Positions 36,247 through 45,394 are shown, counted from the first letter of the stretch. The stretch is 64,000 nucleotides of DNA from an uncultured Mollicutes bacterium (GCA_900540365.1 UQFN01000005.1:21231-85230), one strand, 5' to 3'. Notes: generated from the sequence alone by a model not told the origin. Made by a program: numbers and translations.

Positions 36247-37270
36247 TATTAGTATCTTCCTTTAGTTGAAAACTAATATTATAGTCTTCATCTATTTTCT
36301 TTGAAAGTTCTAAAATCTTATTATCATAAGTTTTTTCAATTAAACCTTCAGCAACGTTATATGTAATTAAAAATAAGAAACTAGCTGCAAGAGCAACAAG
36401 TCCTATATTTGATTGCAAATAAATAAGTGTGACACCTAAGCCATAATTTTGAAAACCATTATATTTACCAACTACTTTATCAAAAGTTAATGTTAATTCT
36501 TCTGCTGAAGAAGTATCATTAGCATCTCCTCTTAAAGTATAATAAGTAACATTAGTTTCTTCATTTTGATATATTCTTATAACGCGGTGAACGATAATAC
36601 TTCCACTTTCACTTTTATAAGCCAATATATCATATAATTTTATATCGTTTTCACTATAAATTTTATCGATTCCAATTAAAGAATATTGTTCAATTTGATT
36701 AGTTAAATTATGTTCTTCAATATAATTATTTTCATTATTAACTGTTTCCATTGATCCTGTACGAATAGTTAATAATGTAGTGTCACCAAAAAACAATTGT
36801 TCTCCACCAATTTTAAAACCTAGTGCAAAACCAAAAATTATTAGTAATGCACAATAAAGAATACCAAATAATGTGTTCATTATAATTTGATATTTCTTGT
36901 TTCTTTTCTTGTCTATTAATATTGATTCGTAAACACCTATTGGTTCATCTACTTTAGCATTTTTAATTTTCTTTTTTAAATCTCTTCTTAAAAAAGTTTT
37001 AATATGTGGTTCGTTTTGAACTAAATAATAGTTCAAAACGCTTACTTCCACATCTTTATTTTTTTCTTCTATTTTAGGTTTTTCTAAAACATAACGATAT
37101 TTTCTTTTTAAAGAAGATTCAAGTTTATCATCTTCATGACCTAATTTAATATGTCTAATTTTATAATGACCATATAGTCCGAATAAAATACTAAATACAA
37201 TTGCGAATCCGATGATTACACACATTGAGACAATAAAAGCTATAAAAGATAGTCTTTCTTGTCCGTTCAT
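36236..37270 (-). CDS. sipW: Signal peptidase I, SipW / ER-archaeal type, enlarged (344 aa)
   Basis: Catalytic boxes are IRTGSMET, IVHRVIRI and LRGDAN. It has a ~135-aa N-terminal extension with two TM helices and a charged loop, plus a C-terminal TM and tail. Confidence 0.8.
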   Translation of the reverse strand: MNGQERLSFIAFIVSMCVIIGFAIVFSILFGLYGHYKIRHIKLGHEDDKLESSLKRKYRYVLEKPKIEEKNKDVEVSVLNYYLVQNEPHIKTFLRRDLKKKIKNAKVDEPIGVYESILIDKKRNKKYQIIMNTLFGILYCALLIIFGFALGFKIGGEQLFFGDTTLLTIRTGSMETVNNENNYIEEHNLTNQIEQYSLIGIDKIYSENDIKLYDILAYKSESGSIIVHRVIRIYQNEETNVTYYTLRGDANDTSSAEELTLTFDKVVGKYNGFQNYGLGVTLIYLQSNIGLVALAASFLFLITYNVAEGLIEKTYDNKILELSKKIDEDYNISFQLKEDTNNVV

Positions 37271-37301
37271 ATAAAAAGTAATATTTAAAAATAATTAATT
37301 A

Positions 37302-37928
37302 CTAGGCACCAACTTCGACAACTACTGCCGACCATTCAAAAGTAATTGAGGCCTTTGCTAAATTACTTTTCATTGTCCCATAATCAATTGAATTTCCAGG
37401 TTTTTTGCCTTCTATATACTCTAAGAATGTACATACATCTCCTGACATTAATGAAATAGTATCAGTTAGTCCTGTATTTGAAGTAACATCTTGCGTTAAT
37501 GTATGAACAGTTGAACCAGGTGTATAATCTGATAATCCTGTTACTTTAACATAATCTAATAAATTTGCAGTGAATGTGATAGTTCTAGTAACTTCAACTT
37601 TCATTCCAGCAGAAGTTAAATTCTCATAAGCTCCGTCTTTAAATGTAAATTTAGCACCAACGCTAGCTGCATCAAAACTAATTCCTTTCTTAACATCAGT
37701 TCTATTTTGAAATCCGCCTTGATCAAGCGTAAGTGTTGTAGCTTTTGTTTCATTTAATGTTAAAGTACCCACAGCATTATCAACCATATCTGAAACGATG
37801 ACATTAACATTTTGTTCTGCTTCCTTAATATTATTTTCGCTAAAATACCAAGCTGAAAAACCACTACCAACAAGTGCACTAACGGCTACTGCTGGTAAAA
37901 CTAACGCCAATAATTTTCTATTTAGCAT
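37302..37928 (-). CDS. Cassette-2 protein A2 with TasA-style signal peptide
   Basis: RBS AGGGGGA lies 8 nt before ATG 37928 and gives MLNRKLLALVLPAVAVSALVGSGFSAWYFSENN. The track start at 37970 lies inside the promoter. Confidence 0.65.
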   Translation of the reverse strand: MLNRKLLALVLPAVAVSALVGSGFSAWYFSENNIKEAEQNVNVIVSDMVDNAVGTLTLNETKATTLTLDQGGFQNRTDVKKGISFDAASVGAKFTFKDGAYENLTSAGMKVEVTRTITFTANLLDYVKVTGLSDYTPGSTVHTLTQDVTSNTGLTDTISLMSGDVCTFLEYIEGKKPGNSIDYGTMKSNLAKASITFEWSAVVVEVGA

Positions 37929-37958
37929 AAAAAAAATCCCCCTAAACTTTGTGCTTAG

Positions 37959-37986
37959 ATAATAACACATTTTGTGTTATTGTCAA
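37959..37986 (-). promoter_or_regulatory. Promoter of cassette 2 with an operator-like palindrome between -35 and -10
   Basis: The minus strand reads TTGACA-ATAACACAAAATGTGT-TATTAT (extended TGt-TATTAT). ATAACACA-aaa-TGTGTTAT (37962-37980) is a perfect 8-bp inverted repeat filling the spacer. Confidence 0.5.
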
Positions 37987-38043
37987 ATTTAATTAGTTAT
38001 GGGTTAATGATTAAATAACTAAAAAAAGCAAAAATTTAAAATT

Positions 38044-38068
38044 TTCTTTTTAAAACTCAATTATTTTT
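38044..38068. repeat. Copy of dispersed ~28-nt intergenic motif (forward orientation)
   Basis: ttctttttaaaactcaattattttt. Confidence 0.5.
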
Positions 38069-38082
38069 ATAAAATTTCTATC

Positions 38083-38427
38083 TTAAGGATAATCATATCC
38101 ACCATTAGGATATTTACAACTTTTTAAGCGATCAATTCCTTTTTTTAATCCTTCAAACAAACCATATTTAATAATAGCTAATTTCATATACTCTGAACAA
38201 GAAGGTTCAAAACGACATTTCATTCTTAATTTTTTTGGCGCTATTAATTGATATAAATCTATTAAAAATAAAATAATTGCTTTTAATCTAATTGATACAT
38301 AAAAAAGAATATAAATTATAGGAATTATTATTTTTAGACAATATTTATCAATAAAAAAATATGTTATTAATGTGATTATAACTAAAAAGCTACTAAATAA
38401 AATAAATTCTAAAAGTATTTTTTCCAA
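38083..38427 (-). CDS. YidD-domain protein (membrane protein insertion efficiency factor-like) with N-terminal two-TM extension
   Basis: C-terminal CRFEPSCSEYMKLAIIKYGLFEGLKKGIDRLKSC matches the YidD motif C.F.PSCS.Y. It appears to use a TTG start. Confidence 0.65.
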   Translation of the reverse strand: MEKILLEFILFSSFLVIITLITYFFIDKYCLKIIIPIIYILFYVSIRLKAIILFLIDLYQLIAPKKLRMKCRFEPSCSEYMKLAIIKYGLFEGLKKGIDRLKSCKYPNGGYDYP

Positions 38428-38505
38428 TTAATTTTTGGATAAGTTAAAACACGTTTATAATTTAATGAACTTGGATCGTTATTATAACTAATGTTAAAAG
38501 ATGAA

Positions 38506-38706
38506 TTATTCATCTTTTTCAAAAATTAACATGTAAAGAGTTGCATCACTTTCTTTATGAAAGCAACCACCTTTTGCAGTTTGTCTAACAGTTTCCATTG
38601 AATGATATCTCCACCCACCAACAGAATTTTTGTTAATTAAGTCCTCAAAAAGTTAACAAGCATCTCCTTCAACAGATGTTGGTCCTGGTACAACTTTATA
38701 CATCAT
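38506..38706 (-). pseudogene. DUF4177-like small protein interrupted by an in-frame TAA
   Basis: Translation is MMYKVVPGPTSVEGDAC*LFEDLINKNSVGGWRYHSMETVRQTAKGGCFHKESDATLYMLIFEKDE. The stop is at 38653-38655. Confidence 0.5.
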
Positions 38707-38759
38707 AGACGATTCCAACTTTATATTTTTGTTTTATCACTAGAAAATTTTTATCAATA

Positions 38760-40229
38760 TTAAAAATTTAATGTCTTTAATTTTTCAACTGCATACTCAT
38801 TAAATGTTAAGTTTACAGTTGATGAATTATTTTCCTTACTATATTTAAATTGTTTACTAAATTCCATAAATTTATTATTATCTAAATATTTAGAAGCATA
38901 TTCTTTACATAAAGATATATATCTACTTTGATATTCTTCAATTACTGGATATTTATTTGAATAATCAACATTATTATCGTTTTCACTTAAAAATAATCTC
39001 CATAATAAAGGATTAGGTTGATATGGTTCATTTCCATTACCTAAATATTGTTTATTATAATCTAAAGGAATATTTTCCATATGAATTTCCCAATCTTTTA
39101 ATATTCCAAAACAACGATCAAAATCATAAGGGATAAAACTCATTTTATTAGTTTTACTATTAAAATATATATAAAAGTTATTAGAGTTATTTCTTGAATC
39201 ATCTGGATTTCCAATTACCCAGCATAATGCTTGATATTTTAAAATTGAATCTACATCTATTAAAGAATCTAAAGTATCTTTAAATGATGATGCACTACTT
39301 GTATCATCATTTAAAGTATTAATAACATTTCTTAATAAACTATGATCTATTTCATCTTCTTTATCATTAGTTTTTAAGTCATAACTAGGATGATAATTAG
39401 GACCTTCTACACCAATTTTATCTATTGTATTTTTATTTAAAGATGCTGGTCCTTGGTCAGTATAAGTTGCTTTATATAAATTACCTTTATATTCTTCTTT
39501 AGTTAAACGCTTTTTTAAAAAATCTTTATCAATTGTTTCTTGAATTTGATAAATATTAGTCATTGAATCACTTTCTGAATTAATTGTTACTTTAGCTAAA
39601 GTAACATTACTAGCCATTATTCCTTCTTCATTAAAAGCATTATATGCATATATTTGACGAGTAAAGGTTTGATCTTCTTCTTTATTATATTTCATATCAA
39701 GTTTTTGTTGATCTGCAAAACTACGATCTTTTCTTTCTTCTCTTAAAGTATCATCTTCCCAAGAACGAATATAATAATCATTATCTTTAACATCATCAAA
39801 AGTTTCTTTAAAAGATAATTTAAAATGTACTGGGGCATTAAAATGACCATCTTCACTAACAAAATTTTCATTTTTAGAAGTATTACCTTTCATTCTTGCT
39901 CCAACTTCCTTAAATGTATAAATTTCATCATTTAAAGAAATTGTTACATTACAAGGATGATACATTTCTTTTTTAACTTCATCTGAAGAATATTTTGCAA
40001 GTTTATAAATAGCTTCATTAGTAAAATTTAAAGTTATTTGTAAATTTGAAGTTGGATCATACATTTCTTCATATAAATCTTCTTCAACTGGAGTATCTGG
40101 ATTAGTAGGTTCATCTGTTTCGCTAGGTTCTTCTGGATTAGGAACTACAACTACTTCATCATTTAATGAATTACAACTACTTAATAATAAACAAGCAAGA
40201 AAACTAATTAAAAAAGCAAATTTTATCAT
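38760..40229 (-). CDS. CotH-family (atypical kinase fold) lipoprotein
   Basis: Lipobox LLLSSCNS followed by an acidic Pro-rich linker. NNFYIYFNSKTNKMSFIPYDFDRCFG resembles the CotH catalytic region (from memory). Confidence 0.65.
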   Translation of the reverse strand: MIKFAFLISFLACLLLSSCNSLNDEVVVVPNPEEPSETDEPTNPDTPVEEDLYEEMYDPTSNLQITLNFTNEAIYKLAKYSSDEVKKEMYHPCNVTISLNDEIYTFKEVGARMKGNTSKNENFVSEDGHFNAPVHFKLSFKETFDDVKDNDYYIRSWEDDTLREERKDRSFADQQKLDMKYNKEEDQTFTRQIYAYNAFNEEGIMASNVTLAKVTINSESDSMTNIYQIQETIDKDFLKKRLTKEEYKGNLYKATYTDQGPASLNKNTIDKIGVEGPNYHPSYDLKTNDKEDEIDHSLLRNVINTLNDDTSSASSFKDTLDSLIDVDSILKYQALCWVIGNPDDSRNNSNNFYIYFNSKTNKMSFIPYDFDRCFGILKDWEIHMENIPLDYNKQYLGNGNEPYQPNPLLWRLFLSENDNNVDYSNKYPVIEEYQSRYISLCKEYASKYLDNNKFMEFSKQFKYSKENNSSTVNLTFNEYAVEKLKTLNF

Positions 40230-40290
40230 AGACTCTCCTTAATTATTTAATATTGTATTAAATTAAATTATAAATTTAAATATTTAAATT

Positions 40291-40725
40291 TTATTTTAGT
40301 TTTAAAGGCTTTTTATTATTTTTTAAAGACAAATAAATAATTCTAAATATAAAATAAATTAGAAAAATAATTAAGAAAACTAAACATAAAATTATTAAAA
40401 TATTGTAACTATTTAAGTATAAATTAAATAATATTCCACTAACTAAACTAAAAATATTTACTCCTAAAGATATTAAAAATTCATATTTATTTTTATATAT
40501 AAAATATAAGATTAAACCTTCAAGTAAAAATATTATTATTTCTCCAAAGATTAACCAATATAAAGAATAATTTAATCTTACATATATAAAATTAAAAGTA
40601 AGATTAGTGAATACATTCATTAAAATAATATAAGATAAATTTAAAATAGTTTTTTTCTTATTTAATTCAAAATAAATTGGAGTTTCGATAAATAAAGTTA
40701 AAACGAGAGGAAATAAATATTCCAT
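40291..40725 (-). CDS. Small 4-TM membrane protein
   Basis: 144-aa hydrophobic ORF. Confidence 0.45.
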   Translation of the reverse strand: MEYLFPLVLTLFIETPIYFELNKKKTILNLSYIILMNVFTNLTFNFIYVRLNYSLYWLIFGEIIIFLLEGLILYFIYKNKYEFLISLGVNIFSLVSGILFNLYLNSYNILIILCLVFLIIFLIYFIFRIIYLSLKNNKKPLKLK

Positions 40726-40781
40726 TCTATTATTTTAAAAGAAAAGATTTATTAAGTACACTAAAATGCTATAATGAAATT

Positions 40782-41525
40782 ATGAATAAGAAACTTCTTC
40801 CTATTATAATTTGTTTAACTCCTTTATTATTAGCAAACGCTCCTGCTCCTGATACAAAGGTTTCTTATGAAGAAACGTTTTTACTAAGTAAAGAAGAATT
40901 TACATTAAGTGATAATATATTAAGTTTTAATTTTACTAATTCAAGTAAGTATTATATTACTTCTTTAAAATTAAATGATAATTATATCTTTGATTTTTAT
41001 TACTATGGGATGATTATTCCACCTTCAAAAACTACTTTAATTCAAGTTAATAATTTTGAAGAAAAAATCAAAGATAATAATGAAGTTAAAGTACTAGGAA
41101 AAGATTTTTCTATTTCATCTTCTAAAGTTAGTAATATTAATATAAATTCAGCTAATTACGATAGTGACACTAACTTAACTACTTTAAGTATAACTTATGA
41201 TTTTACTTATCTTGATAATATTTCTTTACAAGGAATATATTTTTATTTTTATTTAGAAGATAGTAATTCTTACTATGCTTCTAAAAGTGATTTATCAAAC
41301 TATAAAAAAGAAGAAACAACAAGTTTTACTTCTACTTTTTATTTTTTAAATGATGTTAGTTATTTAAAAAATGAAGATTTAAATTATTTTATTGGAACTT
41401 TAGATAATCGTTCAAATATTAATTTACTTACAATAATAATAGTAATTGGAGTAATTATTGTTGTTCTAGTTGTAAGTTTACTGATATTTATTTTATATAA
41501 AATTAGTTTTCATTATAAAAAATAA
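40782..41525 (+). CDS. Secreted protein with cleavable signal peptide and C-terminal TM anchor
   Basis: Signal peptide is MNKKLLPIIICLTPLLLANA/PAP. The C-terminal anchor is LLTIIIVIGVIIVVLVVSLLIFILY. Confidence 0.55.
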   Translation: MNKKLLPIIICLTPLLLANAPAPDTKVSYEETFLLSKEEFTLSDNILSFNFTNSSKYYITSLKLNDNYIFDFYYYGMIIPPSKTTLIQVNNFEEKIKDNNEVKVLGKDFSISSSKVSNININSANYDSDTNLTTLSITYDFTYLDNISLQGIYFYFYLEDSNSYYASKSDLSNYKKEETTSFTSTFYFLNDVSYLKNEDLNYFIGTLDNRSNINLLTIIIVIGVIIVVLVVSLLIFILYKISFHYKK

Positions 41526-41609
41526 AAATAAGTTAATAAAAAATTTCTGTATAATAATTATTTTTTATTACTAAAATTTTAAAAAATATTTAAGTTTTTA
41601 AAGGTTTTT
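41518..41609 (+). repeat. Left arm of ~92-bp inverted repeat flanking the nuclease/ATPase pair
   Basis: aaaaataaaaataagttaataaaaaatttctgtataataattattttttattactaaaattttaaaaaatatttaagtttttaaaggttttt. The inner 29 nt is a copy of the dispersed motif. Confidence 0.8.
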
Positions 41610-41626
41610 GAAAAAATTGCTGGAAA

Positions 41627-44143
41627 TTATATTTTTCTACTTTCATGACATGTTAAATAGATAATTTGGATATCTTTAGAGATTTTTTTAATAATATCAA
41701 TTGCATTTATTAAATGTTTTTCATCTAATTGTACAAATGGATCATCAAGTAAAACAAATGGTTTTTCATCTTTATACATGTTTTCAATAAGAGCTAATCT
41801 AAAACATAATTCACAAATTGCTTTATTTCCGCTTGAAAGATGTTTGTCGCTTCTTAAACCTCCAGCAATATCAAAAGTAATTTCTAAATTAGAATTCATT
41901 CTAAGTTTTGTTGAAAGTGTTTTTTCGATTAAATTTGCATATTTTGTAAAATTATTAACAAGTGGCATTAAATATTTATTATTTAAATTTCGATCTGCTT
42001 CTTTTAAATTTTCAATTGCCGCAGTAATTAAATCATAATTTTTTATATATTGTTTTTTTCTATTTGAAACTTCATTTAATTGATATTCTAATTCTCCTAA
42101 TCTTGAAATTTCATCTTCATCTTGAATAATTTCTTTTTCTAATAAATTGTAGTCTTTATCAATGTCTTCTTTTTCTTTATTTAAGTAAGTAAAATCTTTA
42201 GAAATTATTTCTTTAATAAGTTCTTCTTTTAATCTAAATTTTTCTAATTGTTCTTCATTTTCTTTATAAAAATTTAGAATATTTTGCTCTTCATTTTTAA
42301 TTTGAGTAGTTAATGAATTAAAGTCATTGATATCGTTTTTTACTTCTTCTATTTTGTCTAAAGAAATATGATATTTATTTAAAATATTATTGATTGAAGC
42401 TTGATTTTCTTTAATTTGTTCTTCATTAGTTTTATTTAAATTATTTAAAGTTTCTTGTTCTTTAAATAAAGCTATATATTCTTTTAAATTGTTAAATAAA
42501 ATTTCATAATTTTCGTTATTAGACTCTAAATAATATTTTCTTAAAATCGAAATAATACTAATTTCAAATTGGTTAATTTCTTCATTATTTTTTCTAATTA
42601 AAACCAAGTAATCGTTTTGTTGTTTAATGTAATTTAAATAGTTAGTTGCTTCATTAGAAAATAATATTAAAGAATTTAATATATTTGTTTCATTATAAAA
42701 ATTATATTTAACTAAAATTTCTTTAATTTCTCCATTTAGAGTTTTAGATTTTTGTTTTGTATAATCTTCACTTTTCTTTTTAATTTTATTAATGTAAACA
42801 ATGGTTGTAATTGATAATAAAACTCCCACAACTCCAATTATCAAACCAGCAATTAAATTAAAGAAAATAGTAACGAGTCCACCAATTAAAAGTATAAAAG
42901 AAAGAATTCCTAAAAGTAGGCTTGTAATCTTTTTATTTTTTAAATTAAGAGGTGGAGAATTTTTAAAATCATCACTATTAATTGTAGAAATATAATCTTG
43001 AACTTTTTTTAAATTTTCTTCGACTTTAGGATCGTCTTTATATTTAGCATCTAAATCTTTATTTTTTTCTTTTAAATCAGTTAGATTTTTATTAATTAAT
43101 TCATTAGTGCCTTTTATTTTTTTAACTTCACTAATTGTCTTAGTTAAATTATCAATATCTTCATTTTTAATATTTTCATTAATTAATGTTTCCTTATGTT
43201 TTTTAAATAATTTGCTTTTTTCTTCATCTAAAGAAAAGACTTGATTACTTAATTTATCGTTAACATCTTTTTTTGTTATTACTTCGATAATTTCATTTTG
43301 TAGTGGAATACCATTTAAGTAATTGTTTTTGATATTTTGTAATTTAACTTCATCTGCTTTTTTTGTATTTAAAAAATCTTGATATTTTTTATTAAGTTCA
43401 TTTAATTTAAAAGCTTCTTCCCATGAGTTTATTTTTGAATAAATTTCATTACGCTTATTCTCGATATTTTTTAGTTTATTATATTTAAGTGAAATATTCT
43501 TTTTAATTTGTTCTAAATTTCTAATTTGAATTTCAATTTCATACATTCTTTCTTTTGCTTTGTTAATATAGCCATTACCAAGGCCACGTTTATTGCGGTA
43601 CTTCTTTCCTTTTTCTTCAAGAAGTTTGATAGCGCTATCTAAATCAAATTTTTCTTCACCACCATAAATTGTCATTCCTAGTTTACTAGAAATTGAGCTA
43701 GTTGATTTAATATCAATTTCATTAGAGGTTATAAAGAAGATACGTTCAAATGAAGTTTTATCAATACCAAAAAAGTATGTTCCAAGAGAATAAATCTTTT
43801 CTAATTCTCTACTTCTTTGATTGTTTTTATAAACAACTAAAACATCATAATTAGCTGAATGTCTAGAAAAAGTTCTTTCTATACGATAAGCATTGCCTTC
43901 ATGTTCAAATTCAATATTTCCTCCAAATTTATTATTGTTAAAAGGATAAAATCTAATTCTTTCATTAAATTTTGAAGTACTATAATAATTTTCTAATCCA
44001 TAAAACATTGCTTTAATAAAACATACTAATGTAGTTTTCCCATAACCATTTTCTTCATAAAAACTACTTAGATTAGAGTCAAAGTTATATTTATATGCGG
44101 ATAAATTTCCAAAATTTTCTATATATAATGAAATTAATCTCAT
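41627..44143 (-). CDS. SMC/SbcC-like AAA ATPase of the YhaN (AAA_27) type with a TM hairpin in the middle of the coiled coil
   Basis: N-terminus is MRLISLYIENFGNL..ENGYGKTTL (Walker A). It has long Lys/Glu/Asn-rich coiled coils. The central TM segment is SLLLGILSFILLIGGLVTIFFNLIAGLIIGVVGVLLSITTIVYI. C-terminal motifs are LSSGNK (signature) and FVLLDDPFVQLD (Walker B). Confidence 0.8.
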   Translation of the reverse strand: MRLISLYIENFGNLSAYKYNFDSNLSSFYEENGYGKTTLVCFIKAMFYGLENYYSTSKFNERIRFYPFNNNKFGGNIEFEHEGNAYRIERTFSRHSANYDVLVVYKNNQRSRELEKIYSLGTYFFGIDKTSFERIFFITSNEIDIKSTSSISSKLGMTIYGGEEKFDLDSAIKLLEEKGKKYRNKRGLGNGYINKAKERMYEIEIQIRNLEQIKKNISLKYNKLKNIENKRNEIYSKINSWEEAFKLNELNKKYQDFLNTKKADEVKLQNIKNNYLNGIPLQNEIIEVITKKDVNDKLSNQVFSLDEEKSKLFKKHKETLINENIKNEDIDNLTKTISEVKKIKGTNELINKNLTDLKEKNKDLDAKYKDDPKVEENLKKVQDYISTINSDDFKNSPPLNLKNKKITSLLLGILSFILLIGGLVTIFFNLIAGLIIGVVGVLLSITTIVYINKIKKKSEDYTKQKSKTLNGEIKEILVKYNFYNETNILNSLILFSNEATNYLNYIKQQNDYLVLIRKNNEEINQFEISIISILRKYYLESNNENYEILFNNLKEYIALFKEQETLNNLNKTNEEQIKENQASINNILNKYHISLDKIEEVKNDINDFNSLTTQIKNEEQNILNFYKENEEQLEKFRLKEELIKEIISKDFTYLNKEKEDIDKDYNLLEKEIIQDEDEISRLGELEYQLNEVSNRKKQYIKNYDLITAAIENLKEADRNLNNKYLMPLVNNFTKYANLIEKTLSTKLRMNSNLEITFDIAGGLRSDKHLSSGNKAICELCFRLALIENMYKDEKPFVLLDDPFVQLDEKHLINAIDIIKKISKDIQIIYLTCHESRKI

Positions 44144-45201
44144 AAATCGTACTCCTTGCCTTCAAGAGCTCTTAATCCAAGATTAATAACTTTAACTTTA
44201 TCGTTATCATTTAAATCTTTAGAATTTAAAACGTTACGAACAAATTCACCTTTAATAGAAACTTCATCTTTATATTTTGAGATATCAAAAGTTTTAGTTG
44301 TCTTATCTTTTATTGAAAGATAACCAACTTCTTTACGTAATCTTGAACTTAAATCATCGACTAAATCTTCTATATCACCATTTAGGGAACCAGTTAAGTT
44401 AATTCGATATATTTCATCTTTGGATAATAAATAATTTTGTTTAATTAATAAATAAATTTCATTAATAGTTTTGGCATTTGTAACATCAATTGTTAATTCA
44501 TTAATTTCTTCTCCATCACAAACATAAAATTTATGAGTAATTGTTTTATCTTCTATATTTATAACAACAAAACCTTTTTGGCCTGTTTCATCAAATCCTC
44601 TTCCAACTAAACAACCTGGATAAACATAATAAGTATCATTTTCAAGAATTCCAGATTGATATTGATGAACATGTCCTAATGCTAAATAATTTATGTTTTT
44701 ATCATTTAAACTTTTAAGATTAATATTATTAGGAGCAATTGTATTAGAAACTTGTCCATGCAATAGCACAATATTGACATCATTTTTATCTAATAACAAA
44801 GTAGAATATAAGCTTTTAAAATTACTTTCATCCATCTCAATTCCACTAATGGCAACATTACCATATCGATATAATTTCCATTCATTATTAAATAATTTTA
44901 AATTAGGTAATGTTCTATTATGTGCACTATTAGAATCATGATTTCCTTTTAAATATAAAAAATCAATCTCACTATTATCTTTGATTATTTCATAAAAGAA
45001 ATCTTTATCTTTTTTAATAGGAGAATCGCTATCAAAAATATCTCCAGTTAATAAAATAACTTTTATGTTATTTTGAGATGCATAGTTAACTACATATCTA
45101 AATCTTTCACGAATTAAATTCTTTCTTTGAATAGCTATTTCTTTTGGAAATGTGCCTATTTTAGATCCTAAATGAAGATCACTGACATGAATTATTTTCA
45201 T
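44140..45201 (-). CDS. Mre11/SbcD-like metallophosphoesterase (YhaO-type DNA repair exonuclease)
   Basis: Phosphoesterase motifs HVSDLHLG, GDIFDS, LKGNHD, LLHG and LGHVH. ATGA overlap with the ATPase gene. Confidence 0.85.
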   Translation of the reverse strand: MKIIHVSDLHLGSKIGTFPKEIAIQRKNLIRERFRYVVNYASQNNIKVILLTGDIFDSDSPIKKDKDFFYEIIKDNSEIDFLYLKGNHDSNSAHNRTLPNLKLFNNEWKLYRYGNVAISGIEMDESNFKSLYSTLLLDKNDVNIVLLHGQVSNTIAPNNINLKSLNDKNINYLALGHVHQYQSGILENDTYYVYPGCLVGRGFDETGQKGFVVINIEDKTITHKFYVCDGEEINELTIDVTNAKTINEIYLLIKQNYLLSKDEIYRINLTGSLNGDIEDLVDDLSSRLRKEVGYLSIKDKTTKTFDISKYKDEVSIKGEFVRNVLNSKDLNDNDKVKVINLGLRALEGKEYDL

Positions 45202-45301
45202 AAAATCCCCTTAATAGTTATTATTATTATAACTATTATCATACAATAAAAAAATGATTATTTTAAAATTTTAAAATATATGAAAAATGTTATTTTTAGA
45301 T

Positions 45302-45394
45302 AAAAAAACCTTTAAAACTCTACTATTTTTTAAAATTTTAGTAATAAAAAATAATTATTTTACAGAAATTTTTTATTAACATATTTTTATTTTT
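45302..45394 (-). repeat. Right arm of ~92-bp inverted repeat
   Basis: The reverse complement reads aaaaataaaaatatgttaataaaaaatttctgtaaaataattattttttattactaaaattttaaaaaatagtagagttttaaaggttttt. It differs from the left arm by 5 mismatches and 1 gap. Confidence 0.8.

Noticed and set aside
38653-38655. In-frame TAA codons (DUF4177 gene, the small ORF at about 25300, ATPase stub) as possible programmed readthrough or stop-codon reassignment
   Set aside because: TAA is the normal terminator of most intact genes in the window. The affected genes also show other damage, so simple nonsense mutations are the more economical explanation.
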